A stretch of DNA of 64,000 nucleotides from Chiloscyllium plagiosum (lineage: Eukaryota): the NCBI RefSeq assembly GCF_004010195.1, contig NC_057718.1:69144346-69208345 (forward strand). Direction: 5' to 3'. Below, piece after piece: positions 1 through 13,084 of the stretch. The notes below the pieces were generated by a model. The model was not told the DNA's origin, searched no databases, and saw only the letters and a list, made by a program, of their open reading frames with translations. The stretch's first letter is position 1; the number at the start of each line of letters is the position of its first letter. The position numbers were made by a program, and so were the translations under genes.

Positions 1-733
1 GTTGGAGTAACCGGAATGCAAAGTACCGGGTTAATGGTAAGATTCTTGGTAGTGTAGATGAGCAGAGAGATCTCGGTGTCCAGGTACACAGATCCTTGAA
101 AGTTGCCACCCAGGTTGACAGGGTTGTTAAGAAGGCATACAGTGTTTTAGCTTTTATTAATAAGGGGATNNNNNNNNNNNNNNNNNNNNNNNNNNNNNNN
201 NNNNNNNNNNNNNNNNNNNNNNNNNNNNNNNNNNNNNNNNNNNNNNNNNNNNNNNNNNNNNNNNNNNNNNNNNNNNNNNNNNNNNNNNNTGCAGAGGAGA
301 TTTACTCGGATGTTGCCTGGTATGGAGGGAAGGTCTTACGAGGAAAAGCTGAGGGACTTGAGACTGTTTTCATCAGAGAGAAGAAGGTTGAGAGGTGACT
401 TAATAGAGACATATAAGATAATCAGAGGGTTAGATAGGGTGGACAGGGAGAGTCATTTTCCAAAAATGGTGACAGCGAGCACGAGGGGGCATAGCTTTAA
501 ATTGAGGGATGATAGATATAGGACAGATGTCAGAGGTAGTTTCTTTACTCAGACAGTAGTAAGGGTATGGAATGCTTTGCCTGCAACGGTAGTAGATTCA
601 TCAACTTTAAGTGCATTTAAGTCGTCATTGGACAAGCATATGGACGCACATGGAATAGTGTAGGTTAGATGGGCTTCAGATTGGTGTGACAGGTCGGCGC
701 AACATTCTATGTTCTATGTTATGTTCTATGTTA
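1..733 (+). mobile_element. CR1/HER1-type LINE, 3' fragment (end of RT plus 3' UTR), spans an assembly gap
   Basis: ORFs 96..398 and 310..663 give the CR1 ORF2 C-terminus (LFSSERRRLRGDLIETYKII...TRGHSFKL...FFTQTVVRVWNALP). Ends in a (TTCTATG)n tail at about 706-733. Confidence 0.93.
170..289. other. Assembly gap (120 N)
   Basis: Run of N. Confidence 1.
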
Positions 734-2344
734 TCCCTGTGTTGCAAGTAACTATCCACTCTTAACTCCAACTGCCGAAAACATGTTAAGAAGGAACCAG
801 GACAACAAAGGGCTTTCTCTCATCCTGAATGCTGGAATTCAATCATAGTTGAAAAGCATTGGAACTTCAACAAGCTTCCAAACTCAAGCATCATAAAATA
901 TTGACTGTTCAATTACCAACGCCAATGCTACTGGGAACCTTCCAGTGCAACAACAGCAACGCTCAACTATCTGCTCCTAGCCAACAATTCAGATGTTGAT
1001 ATACCTCCATGTTTTGTTTTTAATCTTTTATCTTGTACTCAATTTTTATTTCTAATTCATGTATGTTTATGTCTTGCATTACTAATTCTTCCTGCATTTA
1101 GTATTTAATAAATTAAAACTTCTTGTTATTCCAATTAAGTCTGGTTAAATTGGCTCCTTTTCAAGCAAGTTTATTTGGGTTTGGGAGAAAATTATCCTCA
1201 TGGGAAGGGATCGTTTCAAGTTCACTTTGTTACAACCACCCAAGGGGATGAGTGAATAAAGAAAGGGGATTAGTTCATCCCTTCTCATCAGGGAGCTTAA
1301 CAGATTGGCGTATCCTCTCTGGACCTACATGATTTGATGGGGTTCACTCTAGTCTATTGTAAAAAGGTAACAGAAATGTCAGTGAGCCACATTATTTTTC
1401 TCTTTCCTATACATTTGTTCCTTCACAGATATATATTGCAACATAACGTTTTGCACTGTACTGCCATATGTGTATTGCCAACATTTATGTAGCTGATGAC
1501 CTTCTTGACAGCTTCCTTGAACAAAGTAAAGCTATTTTGGATGTGGATATGCTCAGTATGTGTTCAATTTATCATGAAACCCATCCTACATACTTCCTTC
1601 ACTATAGTACTGTGTGTGACCTGACTGAATTATTGTTAAACATTTCATGGCTTTGATGTAGTGATATTGCACTGTTTTAATCTTTCTCCATGTTTCCAAA
1701 TCAATCAGGTTGCCTCTAGCTCTTTATGGATTTGTGTGCCAAATCAGATCATCATTTAGCAAATGGTCTTGTGCTGACAGAGATTTCTGCATTGGAATGC
1801 CAGGTATAGATTTGACATGTTGCTGAATGACAACGATTGATTGTTTGATGAACATGTTGGCAAAATCTATTTGAAATGTCCACTGAATGGTGAACTAACT
1901 ATTTTGGTTTCAATCCAAATTTTAGTTGAATTTCAGTTGGAAACTTTGTTCATATTTTACATTGTGCTATGAAGAAAATACCTTTGCTTGAATAGCACCT
2001 GGAGCACTATTCATTGTCAATGCCACAGTAAAAGCACTCATCCATCAGACTCATTGCTTAATAATGTTTCAGGTATCATATAACAGTATCTGAATCAAAT
2101 GCCTGCAGTTCCAAACTCAAGAAACCTGTTCATTCAGTTATTGAATAACAGAGGCCACTACCTAATATATTCAGTCAGTTGCTTCCATAACCTTGTCTGA
2201 GTTCGTCACAGAAACATAGAGATCTGCTGGAAATAGTTGCTTACTTTTTATTCAAATTTCTTATTTATCCCAGCTTCTCCAATCACCTTTTGGCTATACA
2301 TTACCTGTGGTTAAGCATCTATGTAACTAAGCTTAGAAAAAGCA

Positions 2345-2455
2345 CTCTTACTGCACAGTGATAGTGTCTCTTCCTCTGAGCCAGACATCCAGGATTCAAG
2401 GCCCACTTGCTTCAGAGGCATATTACAACATGCCCAAATAAGTTTATTAAAATAT
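2345..2455 (+). mobile_element. Old short tRNA-derived SINE-like repeat (copy 1)
   Basis: B-box-like GGATTCAAGGCCC. Aligns by eye with 2784-2887. Confidence 0.5.
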
Positions 2456-2783
2456 CTAGAAAAGGCCTGAAGGCCTGTATTTTTTTTTTAAATTCCCAAG
2501 GAAACATAAAACAAAAATGGCTAGGTTTTGCAATGCAAGCTTTGAAAAGTCAATCCCTTTTGACACAACTTTCCTTTATATATTTCAGAAAGCTAGGTAA
2601 ATGAAAGATAATACTGAAGTCAATCTTTACTAAGTCTTATGTTTACTTTATATTACAAGCTTACATACTTTTAAGTCAATAACCATAGTTTCAATATGTA
2701 TCACTTCATATGTACTCAAACAAAACTCCAGTTAATACCCACAACCTGCATAAAATTAAACAATTAATGTATAATTAGCAGAT

Positions 2784-2887
2784 TAGTGCTGCGATAATGT
2801 TCTTACCTTTCAGCCAGGAGACCTGGGTTCAAGTCTCACCTGCTCTACAGTGTGTTATAAAGTCTCTGAACAGATTCTTTAGAAAAT
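2784..2887 (+). mobile_element. Old short tRNA-derived SINE-like repeat (copy 2)
   Basis: B-box GGGTTCAAGTCTC. Colinear similarity to 2345-2455. Confidence 0.5.
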
Positions 2888-2937
2888 ACTTGCAATTAGC
2901 AAATTTCCTTCTATCTTTAAACAAAAAAAAGTGTTAA

Positions 2938-2981
2938 TACACACACACACATACACACAGACACACAGACACACACACACA
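2938..2981. repeat. Imperfect (CA)n microsatellite
   Basis: acacacacacacatacacacagacacacagacacacacacac. Confidence 0.95.
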
Positions 2982-3092
2982 ATCAACATTTCAAAACAAA
3001 TGAAACAAAATCTCCATAATTGTACAAAGTAATACATTGTGTGAATCATCTCACTTCTAAACTTCTCAATTTTTTGCACTATTGCATCTTGC

Positions 3093-4075
3093 TGTGGTAA
3101 CCTACTGGAAATCACGCCCCAGTATTAGTGGAATCATCACAAAATTAAAGATTTTATTAAAAAAATGCAAAATTCCCTGATTTTATTTGTCCTTTCGATC
3201 CAGGTTGACAGAGTGCAGACCAGGTTTCTGTGCTCAACAAGATATAGTATTTAACACAAATAAATAGATATTAACTACAGATAAACAATTATGAACCATC
3301 AACATATTTGGTCTTGCATAGTGCTGCGATAATGTTCTTACCTTTCAGTCAGGTTAAAACTAGTTGTTAAAACTCTAACACCCTTATAAACATTCCTCTA
3401 CAAATATGTACAGACAGGGAAAAAAAAGGAAGAGTAATTTGTGGAGGGAAAGACTTGGAAAGAAGTTCAGTGGTCTCTGTTCACAGGATTCACTGAGATG
3501 GTGCTTTTGGCTGTGTTGCTCCATGATTCTCCTTTTCTAGATACTTCCACTTGCTTTCAAAAGCTACAAGGTGGTTGGCTCATACTTATAAAATCTCTGG
3601 TTTAATGGTTAAGAGCCACAGCTTACAGCAATTGCTGAAGGAAAAAAAATAAAACTGACTATTTTTAGGCTTCAGATGCTTATTGCTGCAGAGCTCCTTT
3701 CACAAGCTCATTTCATTCCAGAGATTCAATTACTTTTGACTCAAACAAACATTCACAGCCACAAATTGTTCAGCTACCTAGAAGCCAGTCGGATAGTGTT
3801 GGTAGAAGGCCTTTCTCATTGGTAACTGGCTATTTGTTCACAAATCAAGCAGCTACTTATTTCTGACCAAATGTTTATTTGTACCCAGTCCCCTTAGCTC
3901 AAGCTTGTCCGTAACGAGATTTCCACGAGTGCTTGAACAAACAGCACTAACAATGAGTGCCAGGTTGCTTTTAAAATGTGCAACAATCCTTAGCTTTTAA
4001 GCCAGTTCTTTTCCAATGTCAGTTTGCAATCAAAAGTTCAGATAACAATAGAAAAAAGGTAGGGGAGTCTTTACA
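3093..4075. mobile_element. Possible solo LTR / LTR-like repeat
   Basis: TG...CA bounded, about 1 kb, non-coding. No clean TSD found. Confidence 0.25.
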
Positions 4076-4375
4076 GTACAAAAACGTATAAAACAGATTG
4101 TTAATCAATTTAATTTGAGATTTCTTTCTGTCCAATATTTATTTCAAGCTAGCAAGGTTAGTCTATAATTATCTCGTTCACCTTTTACATAGAATGTGCA
4201 CTACCCCAATAGATGATTATTTACATAATATTCAATGGGTTTCTAATCTTCAGTATGTCTTTCAATAAAGAATCTCACTTTAATTATTTGACAACTTAAA
4301 ATTTATATGCACTGCCTGTGCAAGAGCCAATGTTTCAGCAGTTGCATTACTTTTAACAACTCCTTATTTTCTTAG

Positions 4376-4459
4376 CTCCCCAAGCTAAAAGGCACCACTC
4401 CTATTTTCATCCATTAGAAAAATTACAAAAACAGCTGGACTTAAATTCCCATCAGGAAG
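4376..4459 (+). CDS. Candidate coding exon A of an unidentified gene (phase 1-1): PQAKRHHSYFHPLEKLQKQLDLNSHQE
   Basis: Acceptor ctccttattttcttag, donor GAAG|gtatgc, open frame, non-repeat sequence. Phase matches exon B. Confidence 0.4.
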
Positions 4460-4934
4460 GTATGCAAAGAGTCACCAAAAATGAGTAGCTCCATGTTCTT
4501 TGGATCACCTAAGGATATTAAATTAATTATGCATTTCCACTGATTTATATTTTTACATGTAACCCAACTTCGCAATCATAAGAACTTCTGTTTCGATTTT
4601 GCTTCTGAGACTGTCCTGTAGTCTTTATTCTCTAATCAGTTGAAGCTACGGCCTCTATTCATTTTTATGTTAGTATTGTGAGACCTCCCTTCCTTACTAG
4701 AAAAAGTTATTTCTTTATTGCCTGCTCATTTCCAAACAAAGAGTGACTTCTGGAACCACTATCAGCACTTGCATCGTGCTTTGGTACTCTTCCCCCTTAC
4801 CCATTTTGACAGTCTACAGGGTTTACTTGTTGGCTAACAAACTGATTAATCAACGAATGTTTAACTTTTCAGTAGTATTTCCTGCACAGCTGTCATTTCT
4901 CACCATTCACTTTACTTCTTTCGAATGTATAAAA

Positions 4935-6970
4935 CAATATAGAACAGTAAATGGCCCTTAGGCCCACCAAGCCTGCACTGATTCCTAATCCTTATTTAGA
5001 TCTGCTACATATTGCCTATATGCAGTTTCTGTCCTTCTGTTCACCTATCTATCCAGATAAACCTTAAATGTTGCTAATATGCCTGCTTTCAACATCTCCA
5101 CTGGTAGTGCTTTCCAGGTACCCACCAGCCTTTGTGGGAGAGATTTTCCCTGCACTTCTCCCCTAAACTTTCCTCCTCTTATCTTGAACCTGGTATCCTC
5201 TTGTAGTTGACATTTCCAACCTGGGAAAAGCCTTCTGACTATCCACCCTATCAACTCCTCGCTCAGCTTCCGTCTTTCCAGTGAAGACAATCCGAGTTTA
5301 TCCAACCTCTCCTCATAACTAAAAGCCTCCAGACCAGGCAACATTCTGTTAAAACTTCCCTGCATCCTCTTCAAAGCTTCTACGTTCTACTGGTAGTGTG
5401 GTTACCAGAACTGCACACGATATTCCAAGTGTAGCCGTAAGTTTTACACAGCTGTAACGTAACTTGCCAGTTTTTATATTTGATGCCCCACATGATGAAG
5501 GTAAGCATGCTGTATGCCTTCTTGGCCACCTTAATCAACTGGTGTTGCTACTTTCAGGGATCTGTGGACCTGTATATCTAGATCCCTCAGTATGTCAATT
5601 TTCCCTAATGGTCTTACCATTTAATGTATAATTTGCACCTGAATTTGGTCATCCAAAATGTATCACCTTACATTTGTCAGATTAAACTCTGCCATTTCTC
5701 CATTTTGAAAAACACTTTTCCACCACTACTGTCTATGATCAAACAATGATATGGAGGCGTTGTGATGGACGGAGGTGAACAAAGTTAAAAATCACAACAC
5801 CAGGTTTATTTGGAAGTACTAGCTTTCAGAGCACTGCTACTTCATCAGCTCCCTGATAAAGGAGCAGCACTCCGAAGTCTCATTCTGCTGTTGAGATTTT
5901 TAATTCTTTAATCAAGCCAGTTTTGTATCAGTCTCGCCAACTCACCAGGGTCCCCTAAGATTCCATATTTTGTACCAGCCTGCCAGGAGGTACCTTATCA
6001 AATGTTTTACTAAAGTCCATGTAGACAATATCTATTGTTCTTTCCTCATCATTCATTCTTGTCATCTCCTCAAAAATCTCATTCAAGTTAATGAGACCTA
6101 AACTTATTTGCACAAACCTGAGCTGCTGATTGCTAACAAGTCCATTCACTTCCAAATGTGAATAAATCCAGTCTCTCAGTATTTTCCCCACCACTGACAT
6201 CAGGCTCACTGGCCGGTAATTACCTGGATTACCTGTTTCCTTTTTTAAACAAAGAAAGGCCATTGGCTATTCTCCAGTGCTCTGCAACCTCACCTGATAG
6301 CAAAGAGAATGCAAAGATATCTGTTAAGCCCCTAGCTATTTTCCTTGTTTGCTTCCCACAGTATCCTGTGATCAATCCCATTTAGCCCTGGGGGTGTATC
6401 AACCTTAATATATTTTAAGACACCCAACACTTCCTCCTTCATTATGTTGACTTGCCTGAGAGTATTCGCACACCTTTCCCAAACCTGAATGTCCCTCTCT
6501 TTGGTGAATACTGGTGTATAGCACTCATTAAGGATCTCACCCATTTCCTTTGGGTTCCACACATAACCTCCCTCCTTTTAACCTTGACTGGGCCTTCTCT
6601 TTCCTAAGCTACCCTCTTGCTTCTAATGTATGTATAAAATGCCTTGTTATTTTCCTTAACTCTGTTGACCAAGGAGAATTCATAACTCCTTTTTGAGCTC
6701 CTTCCTACTTTCTCTATATTCTTCACAGCTTTTGTCTACTTTTATTTGCCTAAATATTAGGTATGCTTCCTTTTCTTTTTGAAGAAGCTGATCATTTCTG
6801 CTGTTATCCAAAGTTCCCTAATCCTGCCATTCTTATCCTTCATTTTTACAGAAATGTGCCTGCCTAATTTGGTCAAAGTTGGCCCTCCCCCAGTTTAACA
6901 CCTTCATTGGAGATCTATTCTTGTCCTTATCCATAAGCATCCAAAAACTTACAAAATTATGGTCACCACA
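4935..6970 (-). mobile_element. CR1 LINE, degenerate ORF2 fragments, interrupted by a PLE-derived insert
   Basis: Minus ORFs contain NPGNYRPVSLMSVVGK, VYMDFSKTFDKVP and SYEERLDKLGL. Confidence 0.9.
5752..5878. mobile_element. PLE-derived short element with two degenerate back-to-back hammerhead motifs
   Basis: Family sequence AAAGTTAAAAATCAC...GGAAGTACTAGCTTTC. Minus motif 5818-5848; plus motif ctgataaaggagcagcactccgaag at 5853-5877. Confidence 0.75.
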
Positions 6971-7189
6971 AGTACACCTAAACAGTTCCTTTGTGTTTTA
7001 CAATTTTTCCTGTGTCTAATGACCACCCATGCTACCACTTGATTTCTTGATCAATTATATTCTATTCCTCAGGGTTTTTTTTCAACAGAATATTAGAGAC
7101 TCAAAGTGCCTTGTTTGTTTCCATCAGCTGTTCAAAGACATGGATTTTGTAATTAATCTTGTTTAATCATGGCAAATGAAGTCTCATGT

Positions 7190-7480
7190 TCTTTATTCTT
7201 TCATGGGACGGGGACATTGCTAGCAAGGCAAGCACTTGTTGTCCATCCTTATTTACCTTTGAACTGAGTAAAGCTTTAGGTCATTTCAGAGAGTAATTAT
7301 GGGTCAATCATACTGTTGGTCTGGAGTCATACATAGGTCAGACTGGTAGATTTCCTTCCCTGAAGGAATCAGTGAACCAGATGCATTTTTTTTAAAGATC
7401 ATTTGTCATAGTCACCTTTATTGTGTCTAGTTTTCATATTCCAGATTTATTGTCTAAATTCAAATCCAATGCTGCCGGGG
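7190..7480 (-). mobile_element. Old shark SINE/LINE-tail repeat; related pieces at 19510-19610 and 52335-52500
   Basis: Shared motifs CTGGAGTCA.A..TAGGTCAGAC...TTCCCT.AAGG...GTGAACCAGATG...TTCCAGATTT...ATTCAAAT. Confidence 0.6.
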
Positions 7481-8075
7481 TGACATTTTATCTTGCCTCT
7501 GAATTCCTAGTTTAGAAAAAAAAATCATGGAATAAGGATCTTACTGCTTGGGCCAGCAGTTGTTTTTCATTTCTAGTTGCCGTAGTCCAGTAATATTATA
7601 ATTATGCCAAGAATCTCCACATTTTATTCCATATTTTAAGTATTAAGTTTGTCATACCCAAATACCTTGCAAGGGCAATTCCATTCCCTTTGACCCTCTA
7701 TTTTATAATACACTAGATCTCCTGAAATAAATTCTGTCCTGGATTGATTGATTGATTAATTGCTGATACAATGTCTCTGACCCCTTAATGTTTTCCTCAT
7801 GACCTTAGATTTGGATGGACATTTCGCTCCCTGCATGTAAAGCATCCAAATGTGCAGGAAGATAGAACTAATAGCAGCAGTTTCTAGAGCAGAATCTATT
7901 TCATATCACAGAAGAAAGTTTGGGATTCACACAAACATCAATTGTTATAGACATACTCTCCAACTATCTGGAATGAGTTATTGCATGAACTGCTTATGGT
8001 TGCAAACATGTAATTTGATTATTAGTAAAAATTGTATGCAGCATTTTGTTGATCGCTACGTGATTCTTTTCACAG

Positions 8076-8179
8076 AGCTCACTACTGAAAACTCTTTCAA
8101 CAGCGGTGTTTATGATGATAATGTTAACAGTTTCGAAAATTGTTCTCAGCAGCAAATTCCCTTTCATTATCAAACTGAG
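8076..8179 (+). CDS. Candidate coding exon B (phase 1-0): (E)LTTENSFNSGVYDDNVNSFENCSQQQIPFHYQTE
   Basis: Acceptor gtgattcttttcacag, donor GAG|gtaaag, retained CpGs. Lies within ORF 7850..8233. Confidence 0.45.
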
Positions 8180-8228
8180 GTAAAGATCAATCAGGTAGGT
8201 GTTGTCCCAATCCTTTCTTTATTAATTT

Positions 8229-8549
8229 CATAGAATCGCTACAGTATGGAAACAGGCCATTTGGCCCATCAAGTCCACACCAACCCTCGCACCACCCTAT
8301 CTTATCCTATCCCTGTAACTCTGTATTCTCCACTGCTAATACACCCAGCCTGCACACTACGAGCAATTTCGTACAGCCAATCTACCTAATCTGCACATCT
8401 TTGGACTGCGGGAGGAAACGAGAGCACCCAGAGGAAACTCACACAAACATGGGGAGAATGTGCTAACTCTACACAGACAGTGGCCAAGGGTGGAATCGAA
8501 CCTAGGTCCCTGGTGCAGCAGTGCTAACCATTGAGTTACTGTGCTGCCC
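8229..8549 (-). mobile_element. HE1-type tRNA-derived SINE
   Basis: Canonical body (GGAAACAGGCCATTTGGCCC...CACATCTTTGGACTG.GGGAGGAAAC...GGAATCGAACC...GTGCTAACCA). Confidence 0.9.
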
Positions 8550-8756
8550 CAATTTCTCTACAATTTGTCAATGATCAATGTTTTTAAAGTTCTTACTAAC
8601 ATTTTTGCTCAAATTAGATATTTTTGCTCAAAGGATCTAGAGTGTGACCCATAACCTTCTGAAATGGTTGTTTTCTTGTTGTTAGAACCCTTGCTGATTT
8701 TTCATAATTTTTATTTTTATTCTTTAATCAATTTTGAATTATGAGCTGGAAATGAC

Positions 8757-9310
8757 TGGTGGATGTTGTACAAGACACTGGTTAGGCTACTTTTGGAATA
8801 CTGCATGCAGTTTGGTCTCCTTCCTATCAGAAGGATGTTGCGAAACTTGAAAGGGTTCACAAAAGAGTTACAAGGCTGTTGCCAGGATTGGAGGATTTGA
8901 GCTATAGTGAGAGGCTGAACAAATTGGGGCTGTTTCCCCTGGAGCATCAGAAGTTGAGGGGTGACCTTTATAGATGTTTATAAAATGATGAGTGGCATGG
9001 ATAGGATAAATAGACAGGGTATTTTCCGTGGGGTGGGGAGTCCAGAACTAGAGGGCATAAGTTTAGGTGAGTGGGGAAAGATATAAAAGGGACCAGTGGG
9101 GCAACTTTTTCATGCAGCGGGTGGTGTGTGTATGGAATGAGCTGCCAGAGGAAGTAGTACAATTGCAGCTTTTAAAGGGCATCTGGATGGGTATATGAAT
9201 AGGAAGGGTGTGGAACATTATGGGCTTGGTACTGGCAAGTGGGACTAGATTAAGATATCTGGTTGACATGGACGAGTTGGACCAAAGAGTCTGTTTCCAT
9301 GCTGTACATT
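8757..9310 (+). mobile_element. CR1/HER1 LINE 3' fragment
   Basis: Encodes LYKTLVRLLLEYCMQFWSP-like sequence. Its 3' UTR end is shared with the HE1 tail. Confidence 0.9.
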
Positions 9311-10199
9311 TCTCTATTATCAGTGAAAGAGTTAATCTGGTTGCCAGATATGCAGATTGTATAACAAGAACAATTTAGGGCTGAATCTGAGCAATGTGGG
9401 CTACAATGAGATATATGGCAGAATCAACGAGAAATGTGGTGTTGCCCAAAATCACCTTGCTCCATCTTTTAGCCTTTTCACATGCTTTGTGGTGAAATTC
9501 TCACCAGACAACGGCAAAGCTTCTTGTTGACAATCCAACCCACTTGATCTAATTTCAGGTTCCAATATTCCTAAACACACCCAACAAACTAGAAGTTGGA
9601 AGACACCACATGGAAATCAGAGGAGGTACCTGGATAATTCACTTGCTCTAACCGATCTCCAGATTGGAAACCAGACAGCAACATTTCAGACCTCCTTGGG
9701 CAGTGGACACACACATACCATGTCATTGGCACCTGACATACATCAGCCTTTCAGAACCCTCATGACACATCTCCAACTCACTTACAGGACGTATCTGCAT
9801 TTCAGTGCTGAACCTCAGGCCGCTGCACTGGCAACCGTGATTGTAATGCTGCTGCTAAGACACTTTGCTCTCAAGGACATGCACTCAGCATATAAATTGG
9901 ACTAGGTTGCACTTGTAGGCTCTCTGCTTGCTGTCATACTGCTAACTCGTTGTGAGCTACTCGGATGCTCAAAACATCCCTGCCTGTAATGCTTGCCTTG
10001 CTCACCATTTTTGTGCTTCGCCACTCAGCCAGAGATAGTGAGCTCACATTACTGCTGTCTTGCCATTGATGTTTAGCACAGATGTAAAGCCAGGTAGCTT
10101 GTCATGGTGATCAATAGACCTCAATCAAGTCAAGTGGGATAATCATCACTTCGGATTCCTAGGACATTAAATCAAGGTTACCCTCCAATACTAAGCCTG

Positions 10200-10606
10200 T
10201 TGGGCTACTCAGAATCAGCTTGCCATCTTCTGAAGGAGTGAGGAGATAAATGACGGGCAGAACATCACATATTTGGGTTTTTCTGTTCTATTGTGGGTTG
10301 TTTTCCTCCTGGAATGAGAGAAAGAGGCAGATATTACAGGAGAGGCAAGTTAGTGGCGCAGATATTACTGTTGCTGGAGATGGGAAATGTCCCAAGTGAG
10401 TGACAAGGCTGCACAGATGACATATAGGGTTAGTGATGTCGGTAGTTAGGGTGAGTGAGAGTGAGTTGGGAAGATGTTGCAGGCAATAATGAGAGTGGTA
10501 GGGCATGAGCCTCGGTGGGAGGTGGATACAAAGCAGAGATAGGTGAGTGTGAGGTGTTAGGGAGAAAATGGTGGCACTTACTCTGGTCATTGACCTTCTT
10601 CATACT
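10200..10606 (-). pseudogene. Harbinger-type Myb/SANT-like ORF remnant with an intron
   Basis: Minus strand reads ...KKVNDQ|GTAAGT (donor at 10581), then acceptor ctttctctcattccag (10309) and THNRTEK..YLLTP. Same layout as 26250-27060. Confidence 0.55.
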
Positions 10607-10845
10607 TTTATTTATTCAGAGGACTGTGAATCTTTTGAATTCTCTACCACAGAGCACTGTGGCGGAAGCCCAGTCTTTGAGAATGTTTAAGGAAGATATT
10701 GATAGATTTCTGAGAAGAAAGGCATAGAGGGTTATGGGGTAGGTTTCAATCATTCAATTATTTAATCATCCATGATTATATGAAATAGTAGAGCAATGGA
10801 CTCAATGGACTGAATGGCATGCTCCTGTCCGATGTTTCCGATGTC
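10607..10845 (+). mobile_element. CR1 LINE 3' end fragment
   Basis: FIQRTVNLLNSLPQSTVAEAQSLRMFKEDIDRFL followed by a CR1 3' UTR. Confidence 0.8.
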
Positions 10846-11079
10846 CCTGTTTTTGATCCTTACATTCTTACGAAGAAACATAAGCATGGCATGAGAGACT
10901 TTGAATGGTTTTTGATGTGGGTGGACAGGGGGGTATAGTATGTGAGAGATGGATGTGATGGTGGAATTAGTTAGATTAGCAAAAGAAAACAATTTGAACA
11001 ACCTTTTATTTGAAGGATACTTTTTAAGCTAAAAATAATGATTCACTAGCCTTGAATGGAAGGGTTTTGAAAAAAATGC

Positions 11080-12497
11080 TTTTAGATCAATGGGATTCAG
11101 GGTGAGCTTGCCAACTGAATATATTATTAGTTTAATGGCAGGTGATAGAGGGTAATGGTGGAGGGTTGTTATTTGGACTGGAGGCCTTTCACCAGCAGTG
11201 TTCTACAGGGATCGGTTCTGAGTTCTAGATTAGATTAGATTAGATTACATTACAGTGTGGAAACAGGCCCTTCGGCCCAACAAGTCCACACCGACCCGCC
11301 GAAGCGAAACCCACCCATACATTACCCCTTACCTAACACTACGGGCAATTTAGCATGGCCAATTCACCTGACCTGCACATCTTTGGACTGTGGGAGGAAA
11401 CCGGAGCACCCGGAGGAAACCCACGCAGACACGGGGAGAACGTGCAAACTCCACACAGTTAGTCGCCTGAGGCAGGAATTGAACCCGGGTCTCCGGCGCT
11501 GTGAAACAGCAGTGCTAACCACTGTGCCACTGTGCCGCTCACAAACCTTCTCTCTTTTGTTTGTCATTTATATAAATGATTTGACTGAGAATATAGAAGG
11601 CATGGTTAGTAAGTTCATGGACAACACCAAAATTGGTGGTATAGTAGAGAGTGAAGAAGTTTTTCTAAGATTATAATGGGATCTTGATTAAATGTCAATG
11701 GGCTGAAGAATGGTATGTGGAGTTCAATCTGGATAAATGCAAGGTATTGCATTTTGGTATAACAAACAAGGGTAGGGCTTATACAGTTAATGGCAGGGTC
11801 TTGGATAGTGTTGGAGAACACAGGGACATAGGGGTGTAGGTACATAATTCTTTGAAGTTTTCATCACATATATACAGGCGGTTAAAAAGATGTTTGGCAA
11901 GCTTGCCTTCATTGCTCAGTCCTTTGAGTATAGGAGCTGGAAAGCCATGGTGAGGCTGTACAGGGCATTGATGAGACCTCTTCTGGAATACTGTGTCCAG
12001 TTCTGGTCACCCAGTTATAGGAAGGATATTATCAAGCTGGAGAGGATTCAGAAGAAATCTACTAGGATGTTGCTAGGTACAGAAGGTTTGAGTTATAAAG
12101 AAACTTATTTCACTAGAACGTAGAAAGTTGAGAGATGAACCTGATAGAAGTTTATAAAATAATGAGAGGTATAGATAGAGTCAGTGGTAGTTGTGTTTTG
12201 CTAGGATGGGAGATTTCTATTTAAGGGGCACATTTTTAAGTTGAGAGGGGAGTGATTTTTTAAAAAATCACATGAGAGACAAATTTTGTAAATAGAGGGC
12301 GGTTTGAGTGTGGAATGAACTTCCTGAGGAGGTGATGGATGTGCCTACAACTACAATGTTTAAAGGACATTTAGATAGGTACATGATTAGGAAAGGTTTG
12401 GAGGGATATGTTACGGGAGCATTCAGTTTAGTTTGGGATTATGTTCGGCATGGACTGGTTGGACTGAAGGGTCTGTTTCTGTGCTGTATGACTCTAT
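11080..12497 (+). mobile_element. CR1 LINE RT/3' fragment, split by a young HE1 SINE
   Basis: LFVIYINDL...SKFMDNTKIGG and RPLLEYCVQFWSP. Ends in an ATGACTCTATG tail. Confidence 0.9.
11226..11538 (-). mobile_element. Young full-length HE1 SINE with a (TAGAT)n tail
   Basis: CpG-rich, intact A/B-box region (minus strand GGTTCAATTCC), microsatellite tail. Confidence 0.95.
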
Positions 12498-13084
12498 GAA
12501 AAGAATACATCAATAATGGGAATGTCAATAGCCTATATCTTCCAGAGATTCTACAAATTATAATTCTAATGGACAAATCACTGAAAAACATAAAGAGCGA
12601 TAAGTTATAATGTTGCTACAAAATTTTGATCCTTAACATGGACAGTCATTCGATATGTTTATGAGTTTTGAAGTTGTTTATGATGATTATAATACCTGAA
12701 ATAATAACAAACAGATTTTAAGGAAACTGAGGTTTCATTTTTCAAATAATATTGGATCCATCAGATGTGAACCTCCTTTAATTCCAAAATAAAAAACAGT
12801 TCCCCATTAAACTTCCATATTCAATAACTATAAACAAGTCACAAGAGAACATAAGCTTGACAAAATGTATGCATATACTTCTAGGCCTGGTTTTACACAA
12901 ATAAATCTTTATGAAGATTCTTTGAGAGTGAAGAACGTTGATTCTGTCAAAGTCTTGTATCTTCAATTACTTTTGCATTAAATAAATTCATTTGACTGCA
13001 AATTATCTGTGGACTTCTGTTAATCTCTTCTATTAGCCTTGTTTATTTTTCATCAAACTACAGAGTTTTTAACCAAGTGAAGTG

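Noticed and set aside
170..289. Hidden content in the N gap
   Set aside because: Comparison with the sister CR1 at 59523-59645 shows that about 120 bp of ordinary CR1 sequence is missing, matching the gap size.
1430..2250. Possible exon or gene at 1430-1660
   Set aside because: All frames after the acceptor close quickly. The region looks like a heavily decayed minus-strand LINE, too degraded to call.
9559..9625. Exon-like segment VPIFLNTPNKLEVGRHHMEIRG
   Set aside because: It lies in what appears to be the transposon-derived block next to the Myb remnant and is not needed for phase continuity.
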